DNA of 64,000 nucleotides, taken from assembly GCA_963789395.1 (NCBI GenBank), contig CAWBKP010000013.1:1-64000 (forward strand). The letters run 5' to 3'. Both the position numbers and the translations under genes were made by a program. Below are positions 55,488 to 64,000 of this stretch, one piece after another. A model generated the notes under the pieces. The model searched no databases. It was not told the origin of the DNA and saw only the letters and a list, made by a program, of their open reading frames with translations. The first letter of the stretch is position 1. The number at the start of each line of letters is the position of its first letter. Origin of the DNA: an uncultured delta proteobacterium (GTDB taxonomy: Bacteria; Desulfobacterota; Desulfobacteria; Desulfobacterales; Desulfatirhabdiaceae).

Positions 55488-56282
55488 ATGATGCGCATCA
55501 TAGCTGATAATCTGCGGATTACCCAAAAAACCATCGAAACCGCAGTGGCAGAAAATGATGCTTTTCCGCTGCAGGAGCTGGCGAAACGATGCCAGTTGGC
55601 CGGAGCCGACGGGATCGACATCAACTCCGGTCCCCTTTACCATGATCCGGAATCACGGATGACTTTCATGGTAGAAGCTATCCAGGAAGTCACTATTCTT
55701 CCCCTGATTCTTGACACTTCAAACCCGAAAGCATTGAAAGCCGGGCTTCTTGCCAGCAAAACTCCCGTTACCCTCAATGGACTTTCTCTGGAGCCATCCA
55801 AGCTCGAACATATCCTGCCGCTTGCGGCAGAACATCAGTGCGATCTTGTCTGTTATCTGCTGTATCCAAATGGGCACGTCCCGCCGGACAGCGCAGAACG
55901 CCTGAATGTCGCGGTTTCGCTGTATCAGAAATGCATCGAAACCGGAGTCGAACCCGACCGTGTGATTATCGATCCGGTTGTGGCCCCGCTTTCCTGGCAG
56001 GACGGGTTGTTTCAGGCCAGAGAGGTGCTGACCGTCATCAAAACCCTTCCGGAACTCCTGGGCTTTCCCGTCCGAACCATCGCCGGTCTGTCCAATCTGA
56101 CGGCTGGCGCAAGGGATCCAATCAAAAAACAGCTGGCCGAGCAGACCTATTTGCCGATGCTGGCCGCATCCGGGCTGAGCATGATTCTGATGAATGTCCT
56201 TAACGCCGAATCGGTTCGTATGGCCCGCATGTGTCGCCTGTTTTCCCGGGAATCAATTTTCACGTGGGAAATGGTCGGCTGA
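55488..56282 (+). CDS. Pterin-binding methyltetrahydrofolate:corrinoid methyltransferase-like protein (AcsE/DHPS family)
   Basis: GADGIDINSG, LILDTSNP, IIDP and GLSNL. Confidence 0.8.
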   Translation: MMRIIADNLRITQKTIETAVAENDAFPLQELAKRCQLAGADGIDINSGPLYHDPESRMTFMVEAIQEVTILPLILDTSNPKALKAGLLASKTPVTLNGLSLEPSKLEHILPLAAEHQCDLVCYLLYPNGHVPPDSAERLNVAVSLYQKCIETGVEPDRVIIDPVVAPLSWQDGLFQAREVLTVIKTLPELLGFPVRTIAGLSNLTAGARDPIKKQLAEQTYLPMLAASGLSMILMNVLNAESVRMARMCRLFSRESIFTWEMVG

Positions 56283-56286
56283 CCTT

Positions 56287-56574
56287 TCAGGATGGTTTTT
56301 GCGGGGTTAATGCGGCCAGTGCCGCTTCAAACCGGGAATTAATATCAACCGTCATCCGGGCGGCCTCATTCAGCAAATCAGCCGTCGCATCCATGCGGTT
56401 CTCCCTGGCTTTTTCCGCCCATCCCCGGTAAGTTCCGGCATGATCGTCATTGTGCCGAATCCAGTGATCCAGCAGCTTGACCATTTTTTCTTCAAAGGAC
56501 ATTTCGGTTTGAACTTCGTGATGGTGATGGTGGTCGTGATCGTGGCAGTGTTCGTGTTCGTGATGATGGGACAT
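56287..56574 (-). CDS. His-rich small protein, putative Ni/Co-binding
   Basis: MSHHHEHEHCHDHDHHHHH..KLLDHWIRHNDDHA. Confidence 0.75.
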   Translation of the reverse strand: MSHHHEHEHCHDHDHHHHHEVQTEMSFEEKMVKLLDHWIRHNDDHAGTYRGWAEKARENRMDATADLLNEAARMTVDINSRFEAALAALTPQKPS

Positions 56575-56847
56575 ATCTCCCCCTTCTTGTCTTTTCATGT
56601 TGGAAGGTGAATGGTTCATGATGATTCCCCTTATATCCCAGCTTTTGACAGCATTCAAGCCGGAATAACGCTCCGATTCATTCGATGCCTTATGCCAGGC
56701 GATTTATAAAAGCATAATTTGACTTTTCATGAAGCAATCATTACTTATAAAAAATATGTGGTCAAAATCGCCTGTGGAGGTTTTTACAAGACGATTTGGG
56801 ATGCAGTGATGACTGAATGGTAATTTGACAACAGAGGAGTGGATGTT

Positions 56848-57537
56848 ATGAAAAAATGGAAATGTCTGGTTTGCGGTTATGTTCACACGGGAGATGAGCC
56901 ACCTGAAAAATGTCCGGTTTGCGGAGCGGATCGCAGCAAATTCGTTGAACTTGTTGAAGAGCCCCTCAGCAGAACGAGACCCCCGCTCAGGAAGCTCCTT
57001 CCGAGGCTCCCGAACAACCCGCACCAGATCACGGATGGGTCAGACTTACCGGAAAATGATATCCCCCAGCCAGCGCAGACCGCCATTCAGAAATATTACG
57101 CAGTCATCACGGGGTTGATGGTCAAATATCACGCCCATCCCATCACCGTCCATATCCCCAACGGCGTCCTGCCGGTAGCCGTTCTCTTTCTGGTGCTTTC
57201 CATGCTGTTTCAGGCAGCCGGACTGGAAGCCGCTTCATTTTACAATATGATCATCGTGGTGCTGGTCATGCCCAAGGTCCTGTTCACCGGTTACAACGAC
57301 TGGAAACACCGGCTCGGCGGCAATTTGACCAATCTGATCTTAACAAAAATGATCTGCGGCGCCATCGTTTTCCTGATGGGGCTCTTTCTGGTTGTCTGGC
57401 GATGGATGGACCCGATGGTTGCCCTGGCGTCATCCCCGTCACGCATCACGTATCTGCTACTCCATCTGGTCATTCTCTGTGCCGCTGTCCTTGCCGGGTA
57501 CCTGGGCGGCAAGCTCATCCGGTTCCCTGGAGATTGA
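56848..57537 (+). CDS. Rubredoxin-like domain fused to DUF2231-type membrane domain
   Basis: [26 protein letters not shown]; four hydrophobic segments. Confidence 0.8.
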   Translation: MKKWKCLVCGYVHTGDEPPEKCPVCGADRSKFVELVEEPLSRTRPPLRKLLPRLPNNPHQITDGSDLPENDIPQPAQTAIQKYYAVITGLMVKYHAHPITVHIPNGVLPVAVLFLVLSMLFQAAGLEAASFYNMIIVVLVMPKVLFTGYNDWKHRLGGNLTNLILTKMICGAIVFLMGLFLVVWRWMDPMVALASSPSRITYLLLHLVILCAAVLAGYLGGKLIRFPGD

Positions 57538-57544
57538 CCGGAGC

Positions 57545-58335
57545 ATGAAATACATCGAACTGGATGACATCCAAAGGCCTGCCCGAGGGCGCCATCGATG
57601 ATGACACGTTGTTTGCATTCGACTGCAATCCCGGGGTTTCCTGCTTCAACCGTTGCTGTCACAACCTCAACCTGTTTTTGTACCCCTATGATGTCATCCG
57701 GCTGAAGCACCACCTGAAACTGTCCTCGGATGCGTTTCTGGAAAGGCACGTGGATGTGGTGCTTCGTGACGGCTGCTTTTTCCCGGAAGTACTGCTGTCC
57801 ATGTCGGAACTTCCGGAAAAACCCTGCCCGTTTCTATCGGCTTCCGGCTGTTCCGTGTATCCGCATCGCCCGGAAGCCTGCCGCATGTTCCCGATCGAGC
57901 AGGGACTTGTCTATGACGCCAAAACCCGCCGGAATCGAAAAATCCATTACTTCAAGCCGCCCGGGTTCTGCCAGGGTGCAAAAGGCGGAAAACACTGGAC
58001 GCCGGCCGCATGGATCAAGGATCAGGGCGCTGAAGACGTATAATAAAATGACGCAACGGTGGTCCGAGCTGATGCGACTGTTCCGCAGCGATCCCTGGGC
58101 CGGCGAGGGCCCGGACGGAAAACGGGTTAAAATGGCATTCATGGCAGCCTACAACATGGATGCATTTCGGGAATTTGTATTTAACAGCAGTTTTTTGAAG
58201 CGCTACCGGATCGCATCCGCGATCCTGTATAAAGCCAGAACCGATGATGTGGAACTGCTGAAAATCGGACTGGCCTGGATCGAGCTGTTTGTCTGGGGGA
58301 AATCATCCCCGCTGCTGAAACCCAGAAAAGGCTGA
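57545..58335 (+). CDS. YkgJ-family Cys-cluster protein (frameshifted)
   Basis: CFNRCC..LYPYD..CPFL..CSVYPHRPEACRMFP. Confidence 0.8.
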
Positions 58336-58337
58336 GT

Positions 58338-59154
58338 CTACACTACTCCTTCCGGCATGGGCGCCACGGCCTCGCCGCCCAGAACATATCCGCCGTCCAG
58401 CCGCAGGACGCTTCCGGTCATAAACGGTGCATCCCGCACCACAAAAAGAACCGCCTTTACAACATCTTCGATTTTACCCATGCGCCCGACCAGCGTATGT
58501 GCAGACAATCGCCTGCTGCTGCTGCGCCGTCAGCAGGCCCCACCCCCTGGTTTGATCGCCATGCCGGGTTTCGACCAGTCCCAGCATGATTTCATTGACC
58601 CGGACCTCCGGCGCCCCGATCCGGGCCCAGGTTTCGGTCAGAAGCGATACGCCCCTGCTGGCGGCCGCATATCCTTCGTTAAACACATAGGCGGCAGGAC
58701 CGGATCTGCCCACAATCCCCGCAATCGAGGAAAAATTGATCACAACGCCGTTTGGGCTTGCTTTTAAAAAAGGCAGGGCAGCGTTAAACACCCACATTTT
58801 CGCGCGAAGGGTGGTGGCCATTTCCAGATCCCACTGCTCCGGCGTATACTGCCCGTGAACCACCGGCCAGCCGCCCCGTTCGATATTGTTGACCAGAATA
58901 TCTATCCTGCCGAACCGGTCCATCACCTGCTGAACAAGCGCTTGAATGCCGGAGGTATCCAATAGATCCGTCCGAACGATCAGCGCACGTGAACCATAAG
59001 GGGCCACATCGTCTTTCAGCGCTGCCAGACTTTCTTCCCAGTCATAATAATTAAAGACAACCCGTGCACCCTGGCGCAGGAGTTCCAGCCCGATGCCCTT
59101 TCCAATGCCTTTAATGGCGCCCAGTACCAGCGCAACGCAGCCTTCAATTTCCAT
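58338..59154 (-). CDS. SDR-family oxidoreductase (frameshift near 58500)
   Basis: LVLGAIKGIG, GRIDILVNN, YAAAS and RVNEI. Confidence 0.85.
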
Positions 59155-60946
59155 TTTGAGACTCCAGCTCCTCCCACCGCAGGCAGGCGGTTTCGATTTC
59201 CTGCTCAAGGGCCTCCAGCCTGGCCTTTGCTTCGGCGATTTTCTCGCCGGCCTGCTGGTAAAAAGACGGATCGGACATGGCCTGATACAGATTTTTCTGC
59301 TCGTCTTCAAGCGCATCAATTCGCTGCGGCAAAGCTTCCAGCTCCCGCTGCTGCTTGAAGGTCAGTGTCTGGCGGGATTCACGCGCCGGCTTTGGTTTTG
59401 CGCCCTTTGGTTTTTCCGCCTTGGCCGGCGGTTCAGGAAGCTTTCGCTGGCGCAGCCAGTCGTCATAGCCCCCCACGTACTCACCGACACGGCCCTGGCC
59501 TTCCAGAACAAGCGTACTGGTCACGACATTGTTGAGGAAAGCCCGGTCGTGACTGACCAGAAGCAGGGTCCCCGTATAGTCAAAGAGGAGCTCCTCCAGA
59601 AGCTCCAGGGTATCGGTGTCCAGATCGTTAGTGGGCTCATCCATGATCAGGACATTGGACGGTTTGGTGAAGAGTTTGGCCAGCAGCAGACGGTTTCGTT
59701 CTCCGCCGGAGAGGATCCTGACCGGAGACCGGCTGCGTTCCGGAGAAAAGAGAAAATCCTGAAGATAACCGATGATATGCCGGGACCTGCCATTGAATTG
59801 AACCGTATCGTTTCCTTCTCCGACATTATCGGCTACGGATTTGTTCTCATCAAGCTGGGCGCGAAGCTGGTCAAAATAGACCATTTCCAGTCGGACGCCG
59901 TGCCGGAGCGACCCTTTCTGCGGCAGCGTATCCCCCAGCAGCAGGCGAAGCAGCGTGGTTTTGCCGGAGCCGTTCGGGCCCATGATCCCTATCTTGTCGC
60001 CGCGCTGAATGACGGTTGAAAAATCACGGATCACCGGGGACTCGGGGTCATAACCAAAACCGACATCTTCAGCCTCGACCACGAGCTTTCCGGAACGCCC
60101 GGCCTCCTGGGCCCGCAGCCGGACCGATCCCACCCGGTCGCGCCGGTCGCGCCGCTCCTCCCGCATCTTTTCCAGCATGCGCACGCGGCCTTCATTGCGG
60201 GTCCGTCTGGCCTTGACACCTTGCCGGATCCAGGTTTCCTCCCGGGCCAGCTTCTTGTCAAATTCGGCCCATTGTCCGGCTTCCGCCTCAAGGGTTGCCT
60301 GTTTCCGCTTTTGAAACGTTCCGTAGTCGCAGGACCAGTCTGTGAGAATCCCCCGATCCAGCTCGAAAATTCGGCCGGCCAACTTCTGGAGAAACATCCG
60401 GTCGTGGGTGACAAAGAGCAGGGTTCCGCCGTAGCGCAGCAGAAATTCTTCCATCCAGCCGATAGCGTCAATGTCAAGATGGTTGGTGGGCTCGTCCAGC
60501 AGCAGAATATCCGGGTCGCGCGCCAGGCCTGTTGCAAGCATCACGCGGCGCTTGAGACCGGCAGAGAGCGTTTCAAACCGGGCCTGAGGATCCAGATTCA
60601 TGCGGGAAAGGGTTTTTTCAACCTGCTGGCGCCTGCCCGCATCTTCCAGAGCGGACAGCGCCGGGTCCGTCTCCAGTCCGCCGGAGACCACATCAACCGT
60701 TGCACCGGTCAGGCCCTGCGGCACTTCCTGGGAGAGCATGGCAATCCGCAGGCCCTGCTGACGGACAATTTCGCCGTCATCCGGCTGGATATCGCCATGG
60801 ATCAGCCGCAGCAGGGTCGATTTTCCGGCCCCGTTTCTCCCAAGAAGGCAGATGCGTTCCCCGCGCTCCATCTGAAGACTGACGGTGTCCAGCAGCGGGC
60901 GTCCCCCGAAACTCACACTCACATCTTTAAAGCCGATCAGCGCCAT
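59144..60946 (-). CDS. uup: ABC-F ATPase, Uup-like
   Basis: Two ABC domains, QGVKARRTRNEGR linker, C-terminal coiled coil. Confidence 0.9.
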   Translation of the reverse strand: MALIGFKDVSVSFGGRPLLDTVSLQMERGERICLLGRNGAGKSTLLRLIHGDIQPDDGEIVRQQGLRIAMLSQEVPQGLTGATVDVVSGGLETDPALSALEDAGRRQQVEKTLSRMNLDPQARFETLSAGLKRRVMLATGLARDPDILLLDEPTNHLDIDAIGWMEEFLLRYGGTLLFVTHDRMFLQKLAGRIFELDRGILTDWSCDYGTFQKRKQATLEAEAGQWAEFDKKLAREETWIRQGVKARRTRNEGRVRMLEKMREERRDRRDRVGSVRLRAQEAGRSGKLVVEAEDVGFGYDPESPVIRDFSTVIQRGDKIGIMGPNGSGKTTLLRLLLGDTLPQKGSLRHGVRLEMVYFDQLRAQLDENKSVADNVGEGNDTVQFNGRSRHIIGYLQDFLFSPERSRSPVRILSGGERNRLLLAKLFTKPSNVLIMDEPTNDLDTDTLELLEELLFDYTGTLLLVSHDRAFLNNVVTSTLVLEGQGRVGEYVGGYDDWLRQRKLPEPPAKAEKPKGAKPKPARESRQTLTFKQQRELEALPQRIDALEDEQKNLYQAMSDPSFYQQAGEKIAEAKARLEALEQEIETACLRWEELESQNGN

Positions 60947-61001
60947 TCAAAACGCCCATCACGTAACGATACCGGCATTATTCCAGATCCTATTATTAAA
61001 A

Positions 61002-61439
61002 TCACATCGCGCCCGGGTCATATCTTGATTGCTGATATTTCCGCCTCAGGGCCTTGGTCTTTCCCCTTTTAACCTTGCTGTCCAGACGTTTTTCCTGAGA
61101 ACTGCGCGTGCGTCGGGTGGGCCTACGCAGCTTAGGGGATATGGCCACGCTCCGGATAAGCTCCTGAAGTCTGCGAAGGGCTTCCTCCCTGTTCTTTTCC
61201 CGGCTCCGGTGCTGCTGCGCCTTGATCACAATGACGCCATCCTGGCTGATGCGATGATCCTTCAGTTCTAACAGCCGTTCCTTGTAAAAATCGGGAAGTG
61301 ATGACGCATCGATATCAAAGCGCAGGTGGATGGCGGTAGAAACCTTGTTGACATTCTGGCCGCCTGCTCCCTGTGCCCGAATCGCAACAATTTCGATTTC
61401 GGTGTCAGGGAGGGCAATGGCGTCGGAGATTTGCAGCAT
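61002..61439 (-). CDS. arfB: Alternative ribosome rescue peptidyl-tRNA hydrolase ArfB
   Basis: [21 protein letters not shown] and basic C-terminal tail. Confidence 0.92.
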   Translation of the reverse strand: MLQISDAIALPDTEIEIVAIRAQGAGGQNVNKVSTAIHLRFDIDASSLPDFYKERLLELKDHRISQDGVIVIKAQQHRSREKNREEALRRLQELIRSVAISPKLRRPTRRTRSSQEKRLDSKVKRGKTKALRRKYQQSRYDPGAM

Positions 61440-61468
61440 TTGCGGAAGGCAAGAAAAATATCTGACGA

Positions 61469-62029
61469 TTACAGGACAAATGTTCTCTCGAACAGTTCCC
61501 GAATGGCCTTTTTGCCGTTTTCTTCCAGAAAGCGCGTTCCCGTGCCGGCAAAATGCACATGGCTGATGACCGGTTCGTCCCCTTTTTTCCGCTCGACCCA
61601 GTCGGTATGATTCCAGCTGAACCATGCATTGCGCTTCTGATCGAACACATACAACGGTTTGTTGCAGAGTTTGCTGAACTCAGCTCCCCATCCCGTACCG
61701 CCTTTTACGGTTTTATCCGGCAGTATCTCTCCGATTACAAAAACTTCCTGCCCATTATTGATCTGATACCAGATGCTTTGCAGGATTTTACGAAATGTGG
61801 GATTGTCCGTGTAACGGCGGTTCATCAACCGCGACACATATTCCAGGCTCACATCCCCATTTTTCAATTCCTCGCGGTTCAGAAAACGCAGGCCGCGCTG
61901 CCGGACACTGGTGTGTCCTTCAAACGTAAAATTCACCTCATCAATGCCGAAACGCTCGGCATTCACACCAAACTCCGCTTCAGCACCATTGGCGCCGCCG
62001 CTAAATAGAATCACATCTTCCGTCCTCAT
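61469..62029 (-). CDS. Hypothetical protein (SLOG-like)
   Basis: [18 protein letters not shown] and FAGTGTR. Confidence 0.7.
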   Translation of the reverse strand: MRTEDVILFSGGANGAEAEFGVNAERFGIDEVNFTFEGHTSVRQRGLRFLNREELKNGDVSLEYVSRLMNRRYTDNPTFRKILQSIWYQINNGQEVFVIGEILPDKTVKGGTGWGAEFSKLCNKPLYVFDQKRNAWFSWNHTDWVERKKGDEPVISHVHFAGTGTRFLEENGKKAIRELFERTFVL

Positions 62030-62122
62030 CTTCCGTCCTTTCTTAAACTCCCAGTGGTTTCTGGAAACCCTGCATGATAGGCGTGAAACACTTGGCTCCG
62101 GTCTATCCGGCCATGATGAATG

Positions 62123-62329
62123 TCAGTCGTTGCCCCCTGCCCTGCCGTCATCGCAGGGACCGGAATCGTCATCCATCCGGGAATGCTCCGCGCTTGGCGC
62201 AATTTCACAGACCGGAAGCGGTTCAGCAAGGCGCATGGTCTTTTTGCAGCATTCCGGTTTCGGCTCATCCGCAGCAAGGGTGCGTTTTTTCCCACATGTG
62301 GCACATTCGTATTCAATGCGATCTTTCAT
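62123..62329 (-). CDS. Small Cys-rich protein
   Basis: YECATCG..PECCKKTM..PCDDGRAG; GGAG RBS. Confidence 0.6.
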   Translation of the reverse strand: MKDRIEYECATCGKKRTLAADEPKPECCKKTMRLAEPLPVCEIAPSAEHSRMDDDSGPCDDGRAGGND

Positions 62330-62430
62330 GGCTGGCTCCTTTCTGGCTATTTATTTTCTTTTTTTCCTGCATAGTGTACATGACAACGACACAGATGACA
62401 AGGGGCAGGCCACGCCATCGGCGTTTGGAA

Positions 62431-63168
62431 TCACGGATGCGTCAAAGAGCCGAACAAGGCCTGCTTCAGCCAGTTAAGGCCGAATTTTAAAAGTGCTTCG
62501 TCATCTTCCAGAAGCATTTGCCAGGATTCGGCGTTCAGGCCCAGACGCTCCTTGGAAAAATTATCCGTCAGATATTTCCGGAATGCATCCAGATCATAAC
62601 AGACCATGGAAAACAGATGCCTGGACTTTAGATCCAGCGGACCGGGCATCAGTCTGTTTTTCAGGCTGATGATATCCATCATCCTGTCGTTCATGGCATC
62701 ATAGGGAGCAATGCCCTGGGATGCGACCCAATCGCGAACGGTCTGCGTATTTTTTTGACTGTGCCCCTGGCAATGGGGTTCAACCAGCAGGGCGTAATGA
62801 ATCGATATCTGGCCGGTTTCCCGGGATCTGGAAAGCATTCTGGCCAGCGGGTAGGTGCGACAGGAAGACGGACGGCTGTCATACACCCTGCATCCATCCG
62901 GAGACACAAAAGGGCAGGTAAAGCCGTCAGCAGGATCCGTTTTCAGGCAGACCACGGGAAGCCCGGTTTCAGGACCCATATGCTGCGTCGTATACTTTTC
63001 CAGAAACTCTCCGGAAGTCATGCCGAAATGGCGTTTAAGCCGCAGCACATCATAAGGGGTTAAAAACTGGTTCACATCCTTGCAGCATTCATTGAAGCAG
63101 GGTACGCCCGCATTGCAGGAGAATTGGAACGTGTCATCCAACGACAGGGGGATCAGGTCATCTTCCAT
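62431..63168 (-). CDS. YkgJ-family Cys-cluster protein
   Basis: CFNECC..LTPYD..CPFV..CRVYDSRPSSCRTYP. Confidence 0.85.
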   Translation of the reverse strand: MEDDLIPLSLDDTFQFSCNAGVPCFNECCKDVNQFLTPYDVLRLKRHFGMTSGEFLEKYTTQHMGPETGLPVVCLKTDPADGFTCPFVSPDGCRVYDSRPSSCRTYPLARMLSRSRETGQISIHYALLVEPHCQGHSQKNTQTVRDWVASQGIAPYDAMNDRMMDIISLKNRLMPGPLDLKSRHLFSMVCYDLDAFRKYLTDNFSKERLGLNAESWQMLLEDDEALLKFGLNWLKQALFGSLTHP

Positions 63169-63254
63169 AGTTGATATCGGTACTGGGTAATAGGTTATGG
63201 GTTATGGGCATTGATGAATCAAAAAAATATAGGGTCTTTGGACGCCTCATAAAA

Positions 63255-64000
63255 TCATTCGGCTTTTCGGATTAAATCATGGACATCGTATCGGCCATTC
63301 AATAATAACTTAACATGGGTTCCGGTCGGAGTAAAATCAAGAGGGGAACCGCTTAAATCCGAAATATTCCGAACCGTGTCAATCCGACCAGGACCTTTTC
63401 GGGTCAGAATTTCGACAGCATCTCCTTTTTGAATCTTGTTCCGGATGTGGCAGATCACGCTGCCATCTTCAGACGCATCGATAATTTCCGCCAGAAAAAC
63501 GTGATCATGGAATGACTTGTAATCGTCAAAATTGGGAGAGGTCTGATCCGGGTCTCCGAAATAGAATCCCGTAGAGTAACCCCGGTGACTGATGCGCGAC
63601 AGTTCTTTCAACCATGCAGCATCGACCTTATACGTTTGTGGATTCGCGTACCAGGCATCGATGGCTTCGCGGTAGACTTTCACCACGGTAGCCAGGTAGT
63701 TGATGCCCTTCATCCTGCCTTCGATTTTCAGCGAACAGATGCCTGCCTCAATCATTTCCGGAAGATGCTCTATCATGCAAAGGTCTCTGGAATTGAAAAT
63801 GTAGGTTCCCCGCTCGTCTTCCATAACCGGCATGAAAATTCCGGGCCGCAGTTCTTCAACCACCGCATACTGCCAGCGGCAGGGATGAGCAGCACATCCC
63901 CCGGTTGCTGTCCCGCTTGGTCATGAAACTGCTCAGCAGGCAGCGTCCGGAATAGGAGATGCACATGGCTCCGTGAACAAAGGATTCCACTTCGATCCGG
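63255..64000 (-). CDS. U32 family peptidase (TrhP/YegQ-like), C-terminal part
   Basis: GTYIFNSRDLC, SLKIEGRMK and SHRGYSTGFY. Confidence 0.88.

Noticed and set aside
841..59154. Widespread frameshifts read as pseudogenisation or programmed recoding
   Set aside because: Single-base indels also hit host genes (YkgJ near 58040, SDR near 58500), and at least one is fixed by restoring a homopolymer base (near 36002); typical of unpolished long reads
1..64000. CRISPR array or rRNA
   Set aside because: No regularly spaced repeat-spacer structure or rRNA-like sequence noticed

Overview
Positions 1 to ~54.63 kb are the right-hand part of a large integrated prophage; ~54.67-64 kb is host chromosome of an anaerobe that looks like Desulfobacterota (cobO, pterin-binding methyltransferase, rubredoxin-membrane protein, two YkgJ-family proteins, SDR, ABC-F/Uup, ArfB, U32 peptidase). 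The minus-strand late region (1-36 kb) is a near gene-for-gene counterpart of the coliphage P1 morphogenesis set: DarA, Hdf, tail fibre, gp16, BplA, PmgA, Sit, PmgB, Tub, PmgC, BplB, PmgG, gp21, sheath gp22, capsid gp23, gp5/6/24/7/25/26, PacB and PacA. P1 is a plasmid prophage, whereas this element carries a lambdoid Cro/CI(S24) switch, an SbcCD-like recombination module, excisionase and a tyrosine integrase. It ends at a tRNA-Leu(UAA) of which only the 5' half remains behind a host promoter. A low-GC island (split toxin-antitoxin pair, large PKD/MopE-motif surface protein, DUF1566 remnant, four IS elements) separates gp25 from gp26. Many genes, host genes included, are broken by single-base indels, most likely long-read assembly errors, so coordinates of split genes are approximate. 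P1 assignments come from recognising remembered P1 protein motifs and gene order, not from a database search. Most notable: P1-type virion plus integrative lifestyle, a 5'-half tRNA-Leu(UAA) att site, a candidate +1 UUU-CGG frameshift in the PmgB chaperone, a VgrG3-like muramidase on the tape measure, an AACG repeat in pacA next to a phage HU, and a double NrdR-type zinc-ribbon gene at the P1 lpa position.
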